From positions 18,517 to 82,516 of the forward strand of contig JBAZJG010000003.1 of assembly GCA_041651455.1 (NCBI GenBank): a DNA stretch of 64,000 nt. The letters are read 5' to 3'. This DNA comes from Candidatus Omnitrophota bacterium (GTDB lineage Bacteria; Omnitrophota; Gorgyraeia; Pluralincolimonadales; Pluralincolimonadaceae). Shown here one piece after another: positions 1-8,800 of this stretch (within the stretch, counting starts at the first letter, position 1; the number at the start of each line of letters is the position of its first letter). Made by a program: the position numbers and the translations under genes. The notes under the pieces are model-generated. The model saw nothing but the letters and a program-made list of their open reading frames with translations, searched no databases and had not been told where the DNA came from.

Positions 1-31
1 TGGATAGGCGGATCCGTAAAATGAGGCGCAG

Positions 32-736
32 ATGAAGAAGAGCCGCTATTTCGAGTACCAGTCGAGGATGAAGAAGGCCTATAAGGAGCTGAGGAAGGAT
101 TACAACGAGGTAAAGCACTCATATTCCGAGATGATAATGCGCCTTGCGCTCATCGCGGAGCTTAAGGACGGCTCTACGGGAACCCACCTGGTCAAGGTCG
201 CCGAATACTGCACCGAGATAGCCCGCGGGCTCGGGCTTCCTAAGAAGGACATAGATTACCTGAGGTACGCAAGCCCCCTGCATGATGTAGGCAAGCTTAT
301 AATACCGGATTCGATACTAAAGAAGAAGGGCGGCCTCACGCCGGAAGAGCGCGAGATCGTAAAGAAACACGCAGAGATAGGCGCGGAGGTGTTTGAAGGA
401 AGCAACCTTAACCTGCTCAAGATCGCTATGATGATAAGCCTGACGCATCATGAGAGATGGGACGGCACGGGATATCCCCAGGGATTGAAAGGGAGCGATA
501 TCCCCATATTCGGAAGGATAGTAGCACTTGCGGACGTATTCGACGCGCTGACATCAAAGAGGCCCTATAAGAGGGCGTTCGGTTTTGAAGAAGCGATGGA
601 TATCATCAAGGCTGAGAGCGGGACGCATTTCGATCCGGCGATAGTCAAGGCGTTCCTTAAAAGGAAGAATGTAATAAAGAAGATATGGAAATCAAAACGG
701 CAGGTAGGATTGTTCATAACGGAGCAGATACCATGA
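32..736 (+). CDS. Stand-alone HD-GYP domain protein (putative c-di-GMP phosphodiesterase)
   Basis: 234 aa with HD motif (PLHDVGK), HHERWDG and GTGYPQGL signatures; stop TGA overlaps the next ATG (ATGA). Confidence 0.8.
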   Translation: MKKSRYFEYQSRMKKAYKELRKDYNEVKHSYSEMIMRLALIAELKDGSTGTHLVKVAEYCTEIARGLGLPKKDIDYLRYASPLHDVGKLIIPDSILKKKGGLTPEEREIVKKHAEIGAEVFEGSNLNLLKIAMMISLTHHERWDGTGYPQGLKGSDIPIFGRIVALADVFDALTSKRPYKRAFGFEEAMDIIKAESGTHFDPAIVKAFLKRKNVIKKIWKSKRQVGLFITEQIP

Positions 737-1593
737 ACCCGAGAATCATAATATCGCTGGTCATAGCTTGGATTGTAGTGAATGCTTGTGTTGGAATAGC
801 CGTAGCCATTGATGCTAAATCAGAATACCTAAGAGGAATAAATCTTGCTTCAGAAGGAAAATACAAGGAAGCAAAGAACGCATTGGAGCAATCGTTATCG
901 GACGAGTCGATAAAACCATACGCTGTATTAGAGATAAAGGCTATTGATGAAGCAATAAACGGAAGTGTCAGGCCAGAGATCGCCGCCAGGGCATTTAAAG
1001 GAAAGGCCTATGCCGTTAATAAAAATTGGAACCAGGCAATCTCTGAATATTATAAAGTCATAGAATTCAGTCCTTCATTTAGATATGCATATGTGAGTAG
1101 AGGGAATGCCTATTTGGAAACAAAGTCATACGGAAAAGCGGTAGAAGATTATTCTGAAGCCATCAAATTGGATCCAAAGGATGCAGATGTCTATAATAAG
1201 AGGGGCGTTGCGTACCAGTGGAAGGGCAATATCGATAAGGCAACAAAGGATTACTCATCGGCAATCGAGCTTGATCCCACGTCTGCAATATATTACTGCA
1301 ACAGGGGTCGTGCATATTATGTAAAAGGTAAACTCGAGGAAGCTCTCGCTGATCTCGATAAGGCAACTAAACTGAAACCTAACTATGTAGATGCATATCT
1401 TGTTAAAGGATGGACCTATGAGGACCTTAAGCAGAATGAGAATGCGATATCTGCTTATAAAAAAGTCATAGAATTAGATGCGTCAGAAAATAAATATGCG
1501 ACAAAGGAAGCCGAGGGGGCAATAAAGGACCTCGAGAGTAGAATAAAAAAAGAGACAGAAAAGAAATCTGATGATAGCAAAAAAAATAAATGA
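733..1593 (+). CDS. TPR-repeat protein with N-terminal membrane anchor
   Basis: Internal ATG at 733 (ORF track opens at 685). Hydrophobic N-terminus, then 6-7 34-aa TPR units (AYxxRGxAY...KAxxDYxxAIxLDP). Confidence 0.75.
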   Translation: MNPRIIISLVIAWIVVNACVGIAVAIDAKSEYLRGINLASEGKYKEAKNALEQSLSDESIKPYAVLEIKAIDEAINGSVRPEIAARAFKGKAYAVNKNWNQAISEYYKVIEFSPSFRYAYVSRGNAYLETKSYGKAVEDYSEAIKLDPKDADVYNKRGVAYQWKGNIDKATKDYSSAIELDPTSAIYYCNRGRAYYVKGKLEEALADLDKATKLKPNYVDAYLVKGWTYEDLKQNENAISAYKKVIELDASENKYATKEAEGAIKDLESRIKKETEKKSDDSKKNK

Positions 1594-2050
1594 GCTTATA
1601 AAGGACATGGATTTCGTGCTGATGGCCACGTGCGACCTCGACGGAAGGCCCAATGTCGCGCCTAAGTTCTTCCTGAAGGCGGAGAGCGGTTACCTATATA
1701 TGGTCGATTTCGTGATAGGCAGGACATTCAGGAACCTCAGCATAAACCCGAAGGCGTCAATATCGGTGGTCGACTATAAGAACCTTACCGGATACCAGGT
1801 AAACGGCGCGGTGGAGATCCTGTCCGAGGGCGGAGAATACGAAAAGGCCGCCAAAGAGTTCCTGGACAAGGAGATCAGCCTTTCGACAAAACGGATCGTC
1901 GAAGGCGTAAAGAAAGGCGAGAGGCATAATAGCTTTGAAGCGGCGTTCCCTAACAAGATAGTCGTATTCAAGGTCAGCATAGACGAGGCGGTCGAGATAG
2001 GCCCCGGCGGAGAACTGAAAAAAGAGGGCTATAAGGGAGACGTGCAATGA
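1571..2050 (+). CDS. Pyridoxamine 5'-phosphate oxidase-like FMN-binding split-barrel protein
   Basis: 159 aa with PPOX-class/general-stress-26-like N-terminus (DFVLMATCDLDGRPNVAPKFF); overlaps its neighbours at both ends. Confidence 0.6.
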   Translation: MIAKKINELIKDMDFVLMATCDLDGRPNVAPKFFLKAESGYLYMVDFVIGRTFRNLSINPKASISVVDYKNLTGYQVNGAVEILSEGGEYEKAAKEFLDKEISLSTKRIVEGVKKGERHNSFEAAFPNKIVVFKVSIDEAVEIGPGGELKKEGYKGDVQ

Positions 2051-3357
2051 AAAGATATCATATGCTTGCGTTTGTAGCGGCGATGCTGTGCGTTTCGATG
2101 ACGGTATCCTCCGCATATGCCGCGATAACATGGGCGGGCAATCTCAACAGCGCGCTGAGAGAGGCGAAGTCAAAGAATAAGCCCGTAATGGCCGATTTCT
2201 ACACGGACTGGTGCGGATGGTGCAAGAAGCTCGACAGGGATACTTATGCTGACCCTGAGGTGGCGAACCTCGCCAAAAGATTCATATGCGTCAAGGTCAA
2301 CGGCGACAAATATCCGGACCTCGTGTCCAAATATGGCGTATCCGGATACCCTACTATAATCTTCCTTGACCCGGCAGGAAACAAGGCAAATGCCATTGTA
2401 GGCTATGTGAATGCGGAAGGAATGCTCTCGAGGATGAACGCGGTCCTTTCGAGCTTGCCTGCGGAAAAACCCGCCAAGAAAGCCGAGGAAAAGAAAGAAG
2501 AGATGTCTGAAATGCCGGAGGATAAGAAGCCTGCCGGAGGCTGGAAGACAAAAGTCAACGACTGGTGGTCCGGAGTTAAAAAGACCGACTCTCCAGGCGA
2601 GCCGGTAACAACAGCTGACGAGACCGCCGGTGCCGGAACAGTTGCCGTCGCAAAAGGGACCATCTATAGCGATGTGCTTGAACTTAACAGCGGCAGGGGG
2701 ATACAGGGGCTCATAGAAAGTGAGGACGACCTGCATTACAACATCAAGCTGCCTCTCGGCAAGACGTCAATAAAGAAGGCCGATGTGAAGGAGGTCAGGA
2801 AGCTGTCTCCGGAGGAGGCCTGCGTAATGATGGGGGATAAGTATTACGAGACGAAGAATTATGATGCCGCGATGGCAGAGTACGTGAAAGCGTTGAGCAT
2901 AAATCCCGATTATAAGCCCGCGAAGGTATCGATGGAATCCGCGAAAAGGAAGAAGATAGAGCTCATAGAGCAGGAGAAGAAGAGGCAGAAACTTGAGCAG
3001 GAATCGGCGGAGAAGGAAGCTGAAGAGGAGCCCGCAGTTGTCGCAGAACAAGCCGAGCAGTTCGCGGCTAAGCGGATCAGCTTCGGTTTCAACGTTATGA
3101 ACAGGGAGATACTCAAGAGAAAATACGATTATAAGGACTTCGGTTTTTCGGTGGATGACGCGCTGGTCGTGAACGGCTTCTACGCGAAAAACCCCTGTTC
3201 CTGCAAGCCTGTCTATCCCGCGCAGGAAGCCGGTTTAAGGCCCGGGGATAAGATAGTATCTATCAATGGCGAGGCGGTAGGCGGCCTTACGGCGGCTGAA
3301 GCGACGAGGCTCATAGGAAGCCACCGGTATACTAAATTTGTAGTGGAACGGCCGTAG
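2047..3357 (+). CDS. Secreted thioredoxin-like (WCGWC) / TPR / C-terminal PDZ domain protein
   Basis: Signal peptide and thioredoxin CxxC (DWCGWCKKLD); central K/E-rich region with a TPR unit; C-terminal PDZ (GLRPGDKIVSINGEAV). ATGA overlap with the upstream gene. Confidence 0.7.
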   Translation: MKRYHMLAFVAAMLCVSMTVSSAYAAITWAGNLNSALREAKSKNKPVMADFYTDWCGWCKKLDRDTYADPEVANLAKRFICVKVNGDKYPDLVSKYGVSGYPTIIFLDPAGNKANAIVGYVNAEGMLSRMNAVLSSLPAEKPAKKAEEKKEEMSEMPEDKKPAGGWKTKVNDWWSGVKKTDSPGEPVTTADETAGAGTVAVAKGTIYSDVLELNSGRGIQGLIESEDDLHYNIKLPLGKTSIKKADVKEVRKLSPEEACVMMGDKYYETKNYDAAMAEYVKALSINPDYKPAKVSMESAKRKKIELIEQEKKRQKLEQESAEKEAEEEPAVVAEQAEQFAAKRISFGFNVMNREILKRKYDYKDFGFSVDDALVVNGFYAKNPCSCKPVYPAQEAGLRPGDKIVSINGEAVGGLTAAEATRLIGSHRYTKFVVERP

Positions 3358-3364
3358 AAGAACC

Positions 3365-3393
3365 TATACACATCAAATAAAGTTTGGTATAAT
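3365..3393 (+). promoter_or_regulatory. Putative extended -10 promoter for tRNA-Ala
   Basis: TGG-TATAAT at 3385-3393, with a weak -35 (TATACA) 17 nt upstream. Confidence 0.35.
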
Positions 3394-3456
3394 TAGCACC
3401 TTGTTGTCTAGAAATGGGGCTGGTCCACAGGACCGTTCCATTATATCCAGTAGCAT

Positions 3457-3532
3457 GGGGCTGTAGCTCAGCTGGGAGAGCGCTTGAATCGCACTCAAGA
3501 GGTCGGGGGTTCGATCCCCCCCAGCTCCACCA
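3457..3532 (+). tRNA. tRNA-Ala (anticodon CGC)
   Basis: Cloverleaf GGGGCTG / GCTC-AGCTGGGA-GAGC / CTTGA-ATCGCAC-TCAAG / GGGGG-TTCGATC-CCCCC / CAGCTCC-ACCA, with an encoded CCA. Confidence 0.9.
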
Positions 3533-3588
3533 TCTCAAAAGGGGATTTTCAAATCCTTAATCCTTCAATCAAGCCGCAAAGCAGGTTT

Positions 3589-4512
3589 ATGATCGGCGCC
3601 GCGGCAGTGGCATTCCTATTCCAATCACAAGCATATCCGGAAGATATCCGGAAGGCCGTAGTCGCCGGGTCGTTCTACCCGGCGGAATCGGTGGTACTTG
3701 CGCAGCAGGTCGACAGGTACCTTGAAGAGGCCGGCCCGCAGGAGATAGGCGGAGAGATAGTCGCCATAATATCGCCCCATGCCGGGTATATATATTCGGG
3801 GCCGGTCGCGGCTTACGGGTACAAGGCCATTTCGGGGCGCCGGTACGATACGGTGGTGATAATCGGGCAAAGCCATTCGCTTATATTCGACGGGGCGGCG
3901 GCGCTTGAAAAGGACCAATATGAGACGCCGCTCGGCAGGGTCCCGATCGACCGCGATTTTACGAAAAAGCTGTTGAGGGCCGAGAAGGTCACAATGGTAT
4001 CGAAGCCCGGGGCTTTTGACGAGGATTATACGATCGAGACCCAGGTGCCATTCCTGCAGAGGTCGCTGAAAGATTTCAAGATAGTGCCGCTGGTCATAGG
4101 AAGGGCGGATTATAACACCTGCAAAGGGCTCGCAAGGGGCCTTATAAAGGTCATCAAGGAATCCGGGAAGAGGGTATTGATAGTCGCAAGCACGGACCTT
4201 TCGCACTACTATAAGTACCCGGACGCCGTCGTGAAGGACCAGGCGACGATGTCCGAGATGATGAACTATGACCCAAAGAGGTTTGCGATAAAAGTGGGGG
4301 AAAGGGAATGCGAGCTTTGCAGCCCGGCGCCGGTTATAGTGGCCATGTTGGCCGGAACGGAACTGGGCGCCGACAATATCAGAGCGCTCAAATACGCCAA
4401 TTCAGGCGATACCGCCGGAGATAAGAGCAGGGTCGTAGGTTACGGAAGCATCGTTATCTATAAAGCCGAGGAGAATAGGATGCTTACTTCCGCGCAGAAG
4501 AAGGAGCTGTGA
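3589..4512 (+). CDS. MEMO1 family protein (AmmeMemoRadiSam system protein B-like)
   Basis: Start is the internal ATG at 3589; the ORF-track N-terminus would overlap tRNA-Ala. Motifs AGSFYP, ISPHAGY and TDLSHY. Runs in frame to the TGA at 4510-4512. Confidence 0.75.
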   Translation: MIGAAAVAFLFQSQAYPEDIRKAVVAGSFYPAESVVLAQQVDRYLEEAGPQEIGGEIVAIISPHAGYIYSGPVAAYGYKAISGRRYDTVVIIGQSHSLIFDGAAALEKDQYETPLGRVPIDRDFTKKLLRAEKVTMVSKPGAFDEDYTIETQVPFLQRSLKDFKIVPLVIGRADYNTCKGLARGLIKVIKESGKRVLIVASTDLSHYYKYPDAVVKDQATMSEMMNYDPKRFAIKVGERECELCSPAPVIVAMLAGTELGADNIRALKYANSGDTAGDKSRVVGYGSIVIYKAEENRMLTSAQKKEL

Positions 4513-5022
4513 GGCATCGCAAGAAAGACGATAGAGTCATATGTAAAGGACGGGAAGGTCCCGGAATTCAGGGTAGATGACGAGGGCCTGAAGAAGAACG
4601 AGGGAGCATTCGTCACGGTCCGTAAGGCCGGTGAATTGAGGGGCTGTATAGGGAACATTATCGGGCAGCAACCGCTCTATCTTACCGTAAGGGATATGGC
4701 CGTCGAATCCTCGTCCGCGGACCCGAGGTTCGTGCCGGTTAGCCCGGACGAACTTAAGGAGATCAAGATAGAGATATCTGTGCTCTCTGAGCCCAAGCGC
4801 GTCGAGGACGCGGACGGGATAAAACTCGGTGTGCACGGCGTCATAGTGAAGAGCGGATATCGCAGCGGCGTCTTCCTGCCGCAGGTTGCCGATGAGACCG
4901 GATGGACGAAGGAGGAGTTCCTTTCTAACCTTTGCGAGGGAAAGGCCGGACTTCCGGCGGACGCGTGGAAGGACAAGAAGACCGAGCTGTACGTGTTCAC
5001 GGCGCAGGTCTTCTCCGAATGA
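4480..5022 (+). CDS. AMMECR1 domain protein (AmmeMemoRadiSam system protein A-like), interrupted by an in-frame TGA at 4510-4512
   Basis: AMMECR1 homology (MLTSAQKKEL-[TGA]-GIARKTIESYVKDGKVPEF...LRGCIGN...) runs in the same frame as the upstream MEMO1 gene and across the TGA. SD GAGGAG at 4468-4473 precedes ATG 4480. After the TGA the first conventional start is TTG 4636, which would truncate the domain. Stop TGA 5020-5022 overlaps the rsmE ATG. Confidence 0.55.
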
Positions 5023-5741
5023 GCAGGTTCTTCGTACCTAAAGGTTCGGTATCGGCAGGCAGGATAACCGTGACAGGCGAGGAGCTCCATCACGCAAGGG
5101 ACGTGATGCGGCTCCGCGAAGGCGACCTCATAACTGTCTTTGACGGGACTGGCAAGGAATATACGGGAACGGTAGACAAGATAGGAAGGGACGAGATATC
5201 TGCAGCCGTCAGCAGGGTCTCCGAGGTCCCGAAGGAGAGATGCGCTATCACATTGATACAGGCGATACCGAAATCATCTAAGATGGACCTTATAATCGAG
5301 AAAGCGACTGAGCTCGGTGTCGCAAGGATAATACCAATCGTGACATCGCGGACGGTCGTAAAGATTTCGGGCGAAGGGAACAAGACCGAGCGCTGGAAGA
5401 AGATAGCGGTGGTCGCCGCAAAGCAATGCGGAAGGTCGACATTCCCCGAGATAGCGCCGGTCACCGGACTGAAAGATTCACTGGTAGAGGCGAAGGGCTG
5501 CGAGATATCGCTCATGCCGTGCCTTTATGAGGGCAATAAGCGGCTTATGGATGCGATCGGCGGACGCAAGGCCGCGTCCGCGGCGGTATTCATAGGGCCG
5601 GAAGGCGATTTTACGAAAGAAGAGGTCGAGGCCGCGGTTAGCTCAGGCGCCACACCCGTCATTTTAGGGAACGAAGTGCTGCGTTCCGAGACCGCGGCGG
5701 TCGCGGTATTGTCCATCATGAGCTATGAGCTCAGGTGGTAA
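5019..5741 (+). CDS. rsmE: 16S rRNA (uracil1498-N3)-methyltransferase RsmE
   Basis: Starts MSRFFVPKG and has the RsmE family C-terminal SPOUT fold (PEGDFT, NEVLRSETAAV). The ORF-track start at 4932 is an out-of-gene N-terminal extension. Confidence 0.85.
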   Translation: MSRFFVPKGSVSAGRITVTGEELHHARDVMRLREGDLITVFDGTGKEYTGTVDKIGRDEISAAVSRVSEVPKERCAITLIQAIPKSSKMDLIIEKATELGVARIIPIVTSRTVVKISGEGNKTERWKKIAVVAAKQCGRSTFPEIAPVTGLKDSLVEAKGCEISLMPCLYEGNKRLMDAIGGRKAASAAVFIGPEGDFTKEEVEAAVSSGATPVILGNEVLRSETAAVAVLSIMSYELRW

Positions 5742-5758
5742 AATAATCTAAAAAACTA

Positions 5759-5787
5759 TTGACAAATTCCACGGCGTATGGTATTTT
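5759..5787 (+). promoter_or_regulatory. Putative sigma70-type promoter for smc
   Basis: TTGACA at 5759-5764, a 17-nt spacer, then TGG-TATTTT (extended -10) at 5779-5787. Confidence 0.4.
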
Positions 5788-5788
5788 T

Positions 5789-5817
5789 TAGATAACAATT
5801 AGGGCAGTAGATAACAA
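5789..5817 (+). repeat. Perfect 10-bp direct repeat TAGATAACAA x2 (19-nt period) in the smc leader
   Basis: Copies at 5789-5798 and 5808-5817, immediately downstream of the putative -10. Confidence 0.5.
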
Positions 5818-5884
5818 AATTGTCTTGGCACTCCCCGACTGAGACACCATTTTGGTGGTCTTGTTTTCAAAGGAGGGTGCCAAT

Positions 5885-8800
5885 TTGCATTTTAAGAGCC
5901 TGGAACTGTTCGGATTCAAGTCATTTGCCAACAAAACTGAGCTGAATTTCGAACCCGGTGTAACGGCGATCGTCGGCCCGAACGGCTGCGGTAAATCGAA
6001 CATATCCGACGCCATAAAATGGGTGCTCGGCGAGACATCAGCCAGGGAAGTCCGCGGCAACAAGATGGAAGACGTCATCTTCAGCGGCACGGACGGTAAA
6101 GAGGCTCTCGGGTTCGCAGAAGTATCCCTCACTATAGTAAACCAGCCTAAGATACTCCCCACAGAATACGACGAAGTAACCATCACGAGAAGGGTATTCC
6201 GTTCCGGGGAGAGCGAATATTTCATCAACAAGTCCCCCGTTCGGTTAAAAGATATCAACGAACTATTCATGGGCACCGGCATCGGCACGTCCACCTATTC
6301 ACTTATGGAACAGGGAAGGATAGCCGAATTATTGGACTCGCGCCCCGAAGAGAGGCGCTATGTATTCGAGGAGGCCGCCGGCATCACCAGGTATAAGGCC
6401 AAGAAGAAAGAGGCCTTGAGAAAACTGGAGCAGACAGAGGCGAACCTCCTCAGGGTAAGCGACGTAATAACGGAAGTCAAGCGCCAGATCAATTCGATCG
6501 AGCGGCAGGCAAACAAGGCGAGAAAGTACAAGGAGGACTTCGAGAAGCTTAAAGAGATGGAGGTCGTCTCCGCGGCGAACGAGTTCAGGAAGATAAGGTC
6601 GGAGGAAGGCAGTATATATTCCGACAGGGACGGCCTAAAGGCAAAGGAAGACGAAATCAACGCAGTCATATCGGAGCTTGACTCGAAACTAATGTCTTTG
6701 AGGTCTGACCTCGACAAGGTGGACCACAGGCTGTCGGAAGCAAAGGCCAACGTGGTCAATATCGAGGGCCAGATCGAAAGGAACAGGGACAGGATAACCT
6801 ACAATTCCGAGCGGAGCAACGAGCTCAACGCGAGGATAGCAGCCATCGATAAGGACCTCGTATCCAGCAGGGAGAGATTGTCGAATGTGGAGGCTGAGGT
6901 TGCGAGGCTTAACCTCGAATCAGGCCAGTTCAAGAGCAACGAAGAGAACAAGAAGGCGGAGATAGAACAGAAGACGGCATACCTCGACTCGATAGCCGAG
7001 ACCGTAAGGGTATGCCAGGAGAATATAGAGAAGGCAAAATTATATATAGTGGACATAGCGCAGGGGCAGACGAGGGTACATAACGAGCTTACGAAAATGG
7101 TCGCCCATACGCAGCACCTCAGCGCGCGGCAGAGAAGGATAGAGGTGGAAAAGAGGAAGGTCGAGGAGGAGAGGTCGTCGTTCAACCAGAAACTCGGTGA
7201 CCTTGTAGTATTTGTCGAGAAGATAGGAAAGGATATCGAGGAGCTGAACTGGAAGAAGGCGCAGGCCGAGGGAAGCCTCAGCAGCCTCGACGAAGATATA
7301 GCCAAACTTGAAACGGACCTGCAGGGCCTGAATTCAGAGCTTACAACGGCTCAATCTCGCCTGACATTCCTCGAGGACCTTAAGGCGAAATATGAGGGTT
7401 TCTCGCTTGGAGTAAAGACCGTCCTTAAGGAGATAGAGCGCGGGTCCGGAGTGTCGGAAGGCGTGGTCGGTGTTGTCGCGGACCTCATAGAGCCGTTCCA
7501 GGGTTATGACGGTGTAGTCGAAGCTGCCTTGGGCGATATGGTACAGGCGGTGATCGTGAAGGACAGGGATACGGCGAGGAAACTCATAAGGTTCCTCGAT
7601 GAGGGTTCTCTCGGAAGGGCCACATTCATCCCCCTGGAAGGGCTTAGAAGGCAGGATGCTGCAAGCGATATATTGAATTACCTGAAGGTCAATGAGGCGG
7701 TAAAACCCGCCGTAGAATATCTCCTGAGGAACGCGTGCCTTGCCGAAGACCTCGACTCCGCTATTGCATCCGCGGCGGACCGCCAGGACAGCATGAGGTT
7801 CATAACCAGGAACGGCGAAGTGGTCGAAAGAGGTTACTCCGCGGGCGGAAAGGTGCCTAAGGCCGAAGGGTTCAGCCTTATAGGCAGGGACGCCAAGATA
7901 AAGGAACTCAGGATCAGCATAGAGAACCTTAAGGCAAGGACGGAAGCCGCGGCGGCGGAACTGAATGAAAAGAAGCAGTCAAGGGACCAGCTTGAAGCGG
8001 ACGCAAAGATGACGGCGGAACAGATACATAAGATACAGATAGATAACGCGAACAAGATAAGCGAAAAGTCGAGCATTGAAGAGGCCATAAATAAGCTCGG
8101 TGACGAAGAGTCCCTCCTTAACCTCGAGCTCGGCGAAGTGAAGTCCGAGATAGACACTTATGCCGTCAAGGAAGAGGAGCTCAAGAAAGAGCTCGCGGCA
8201 CTGAATGACGAGGATTCGAAGGTACAGGAGACGATAAAAGGTAACCAGGAAGCGATCGCCGGCAAGCTGAAGGAAAGGGAAGATACGCTTGTTCTGATAA
8301 CGCAGTTGAAGACCGAGCTGGACATGCTCAAGGACAAGGAGACCTCGGTCATAAACGCGCTTACGATGATGTCGCGTTCACTGGAAGACGAGAGGTCCGG
8401 CTATTTTGCGAAAGAGAGGGAGCTGGAAGATTCGAAGGGCAGGATATCCGAGCTCGTGGCGGAATCGGAGGGGCTCTCGAAGAAGAACGAAGAGCTGGTA
8501 AACAGCCGTACGGCTGCCGAGGCGGACTCGCAGAAGATACTCGACGAACGCAGGTCTGCCAGCGAGGCGATATCACATGTCGAAGCCGAAGCCAGGGAGG
8601 CCCAGAAGTCGATCAACGAGCTGAGCGGGAGGATACATACGCTTGAAGTCAAGACTACGGAGTTCAGCTATAAGAGATCGAGCATCAAGGACAGGCTCCA
8701 GCAGGTATATAAAGTGGAGACGGACCTCGAGCAGGTGGCGGTCCCGGAGGACATGAACTGGGACGAAACGAACGAGAAAATGGAAACCCTGCGCGCAAAA

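Noticed and set aside
3332-3588. ORF 3332-3538 (minus strand) and the first 35 codons of ORF 3484-4512
   Set aside because: Both overlap the tRNA-Ala gene; the MEMO1 homology begins at the internal ATG 3589.
4510-4512. Genome-wide UGA reassignment (code 4/25) as the explanation for the in-frame TGA
   Set aside because: Many well-supported genes in the window terminate at TGA with conserved C-termini (for example the HD-GYP gene, the AMMECR1/rsmE junction, trpG, hisB). A global recoding is therefore unlikely; a local event or an error is more plausible.
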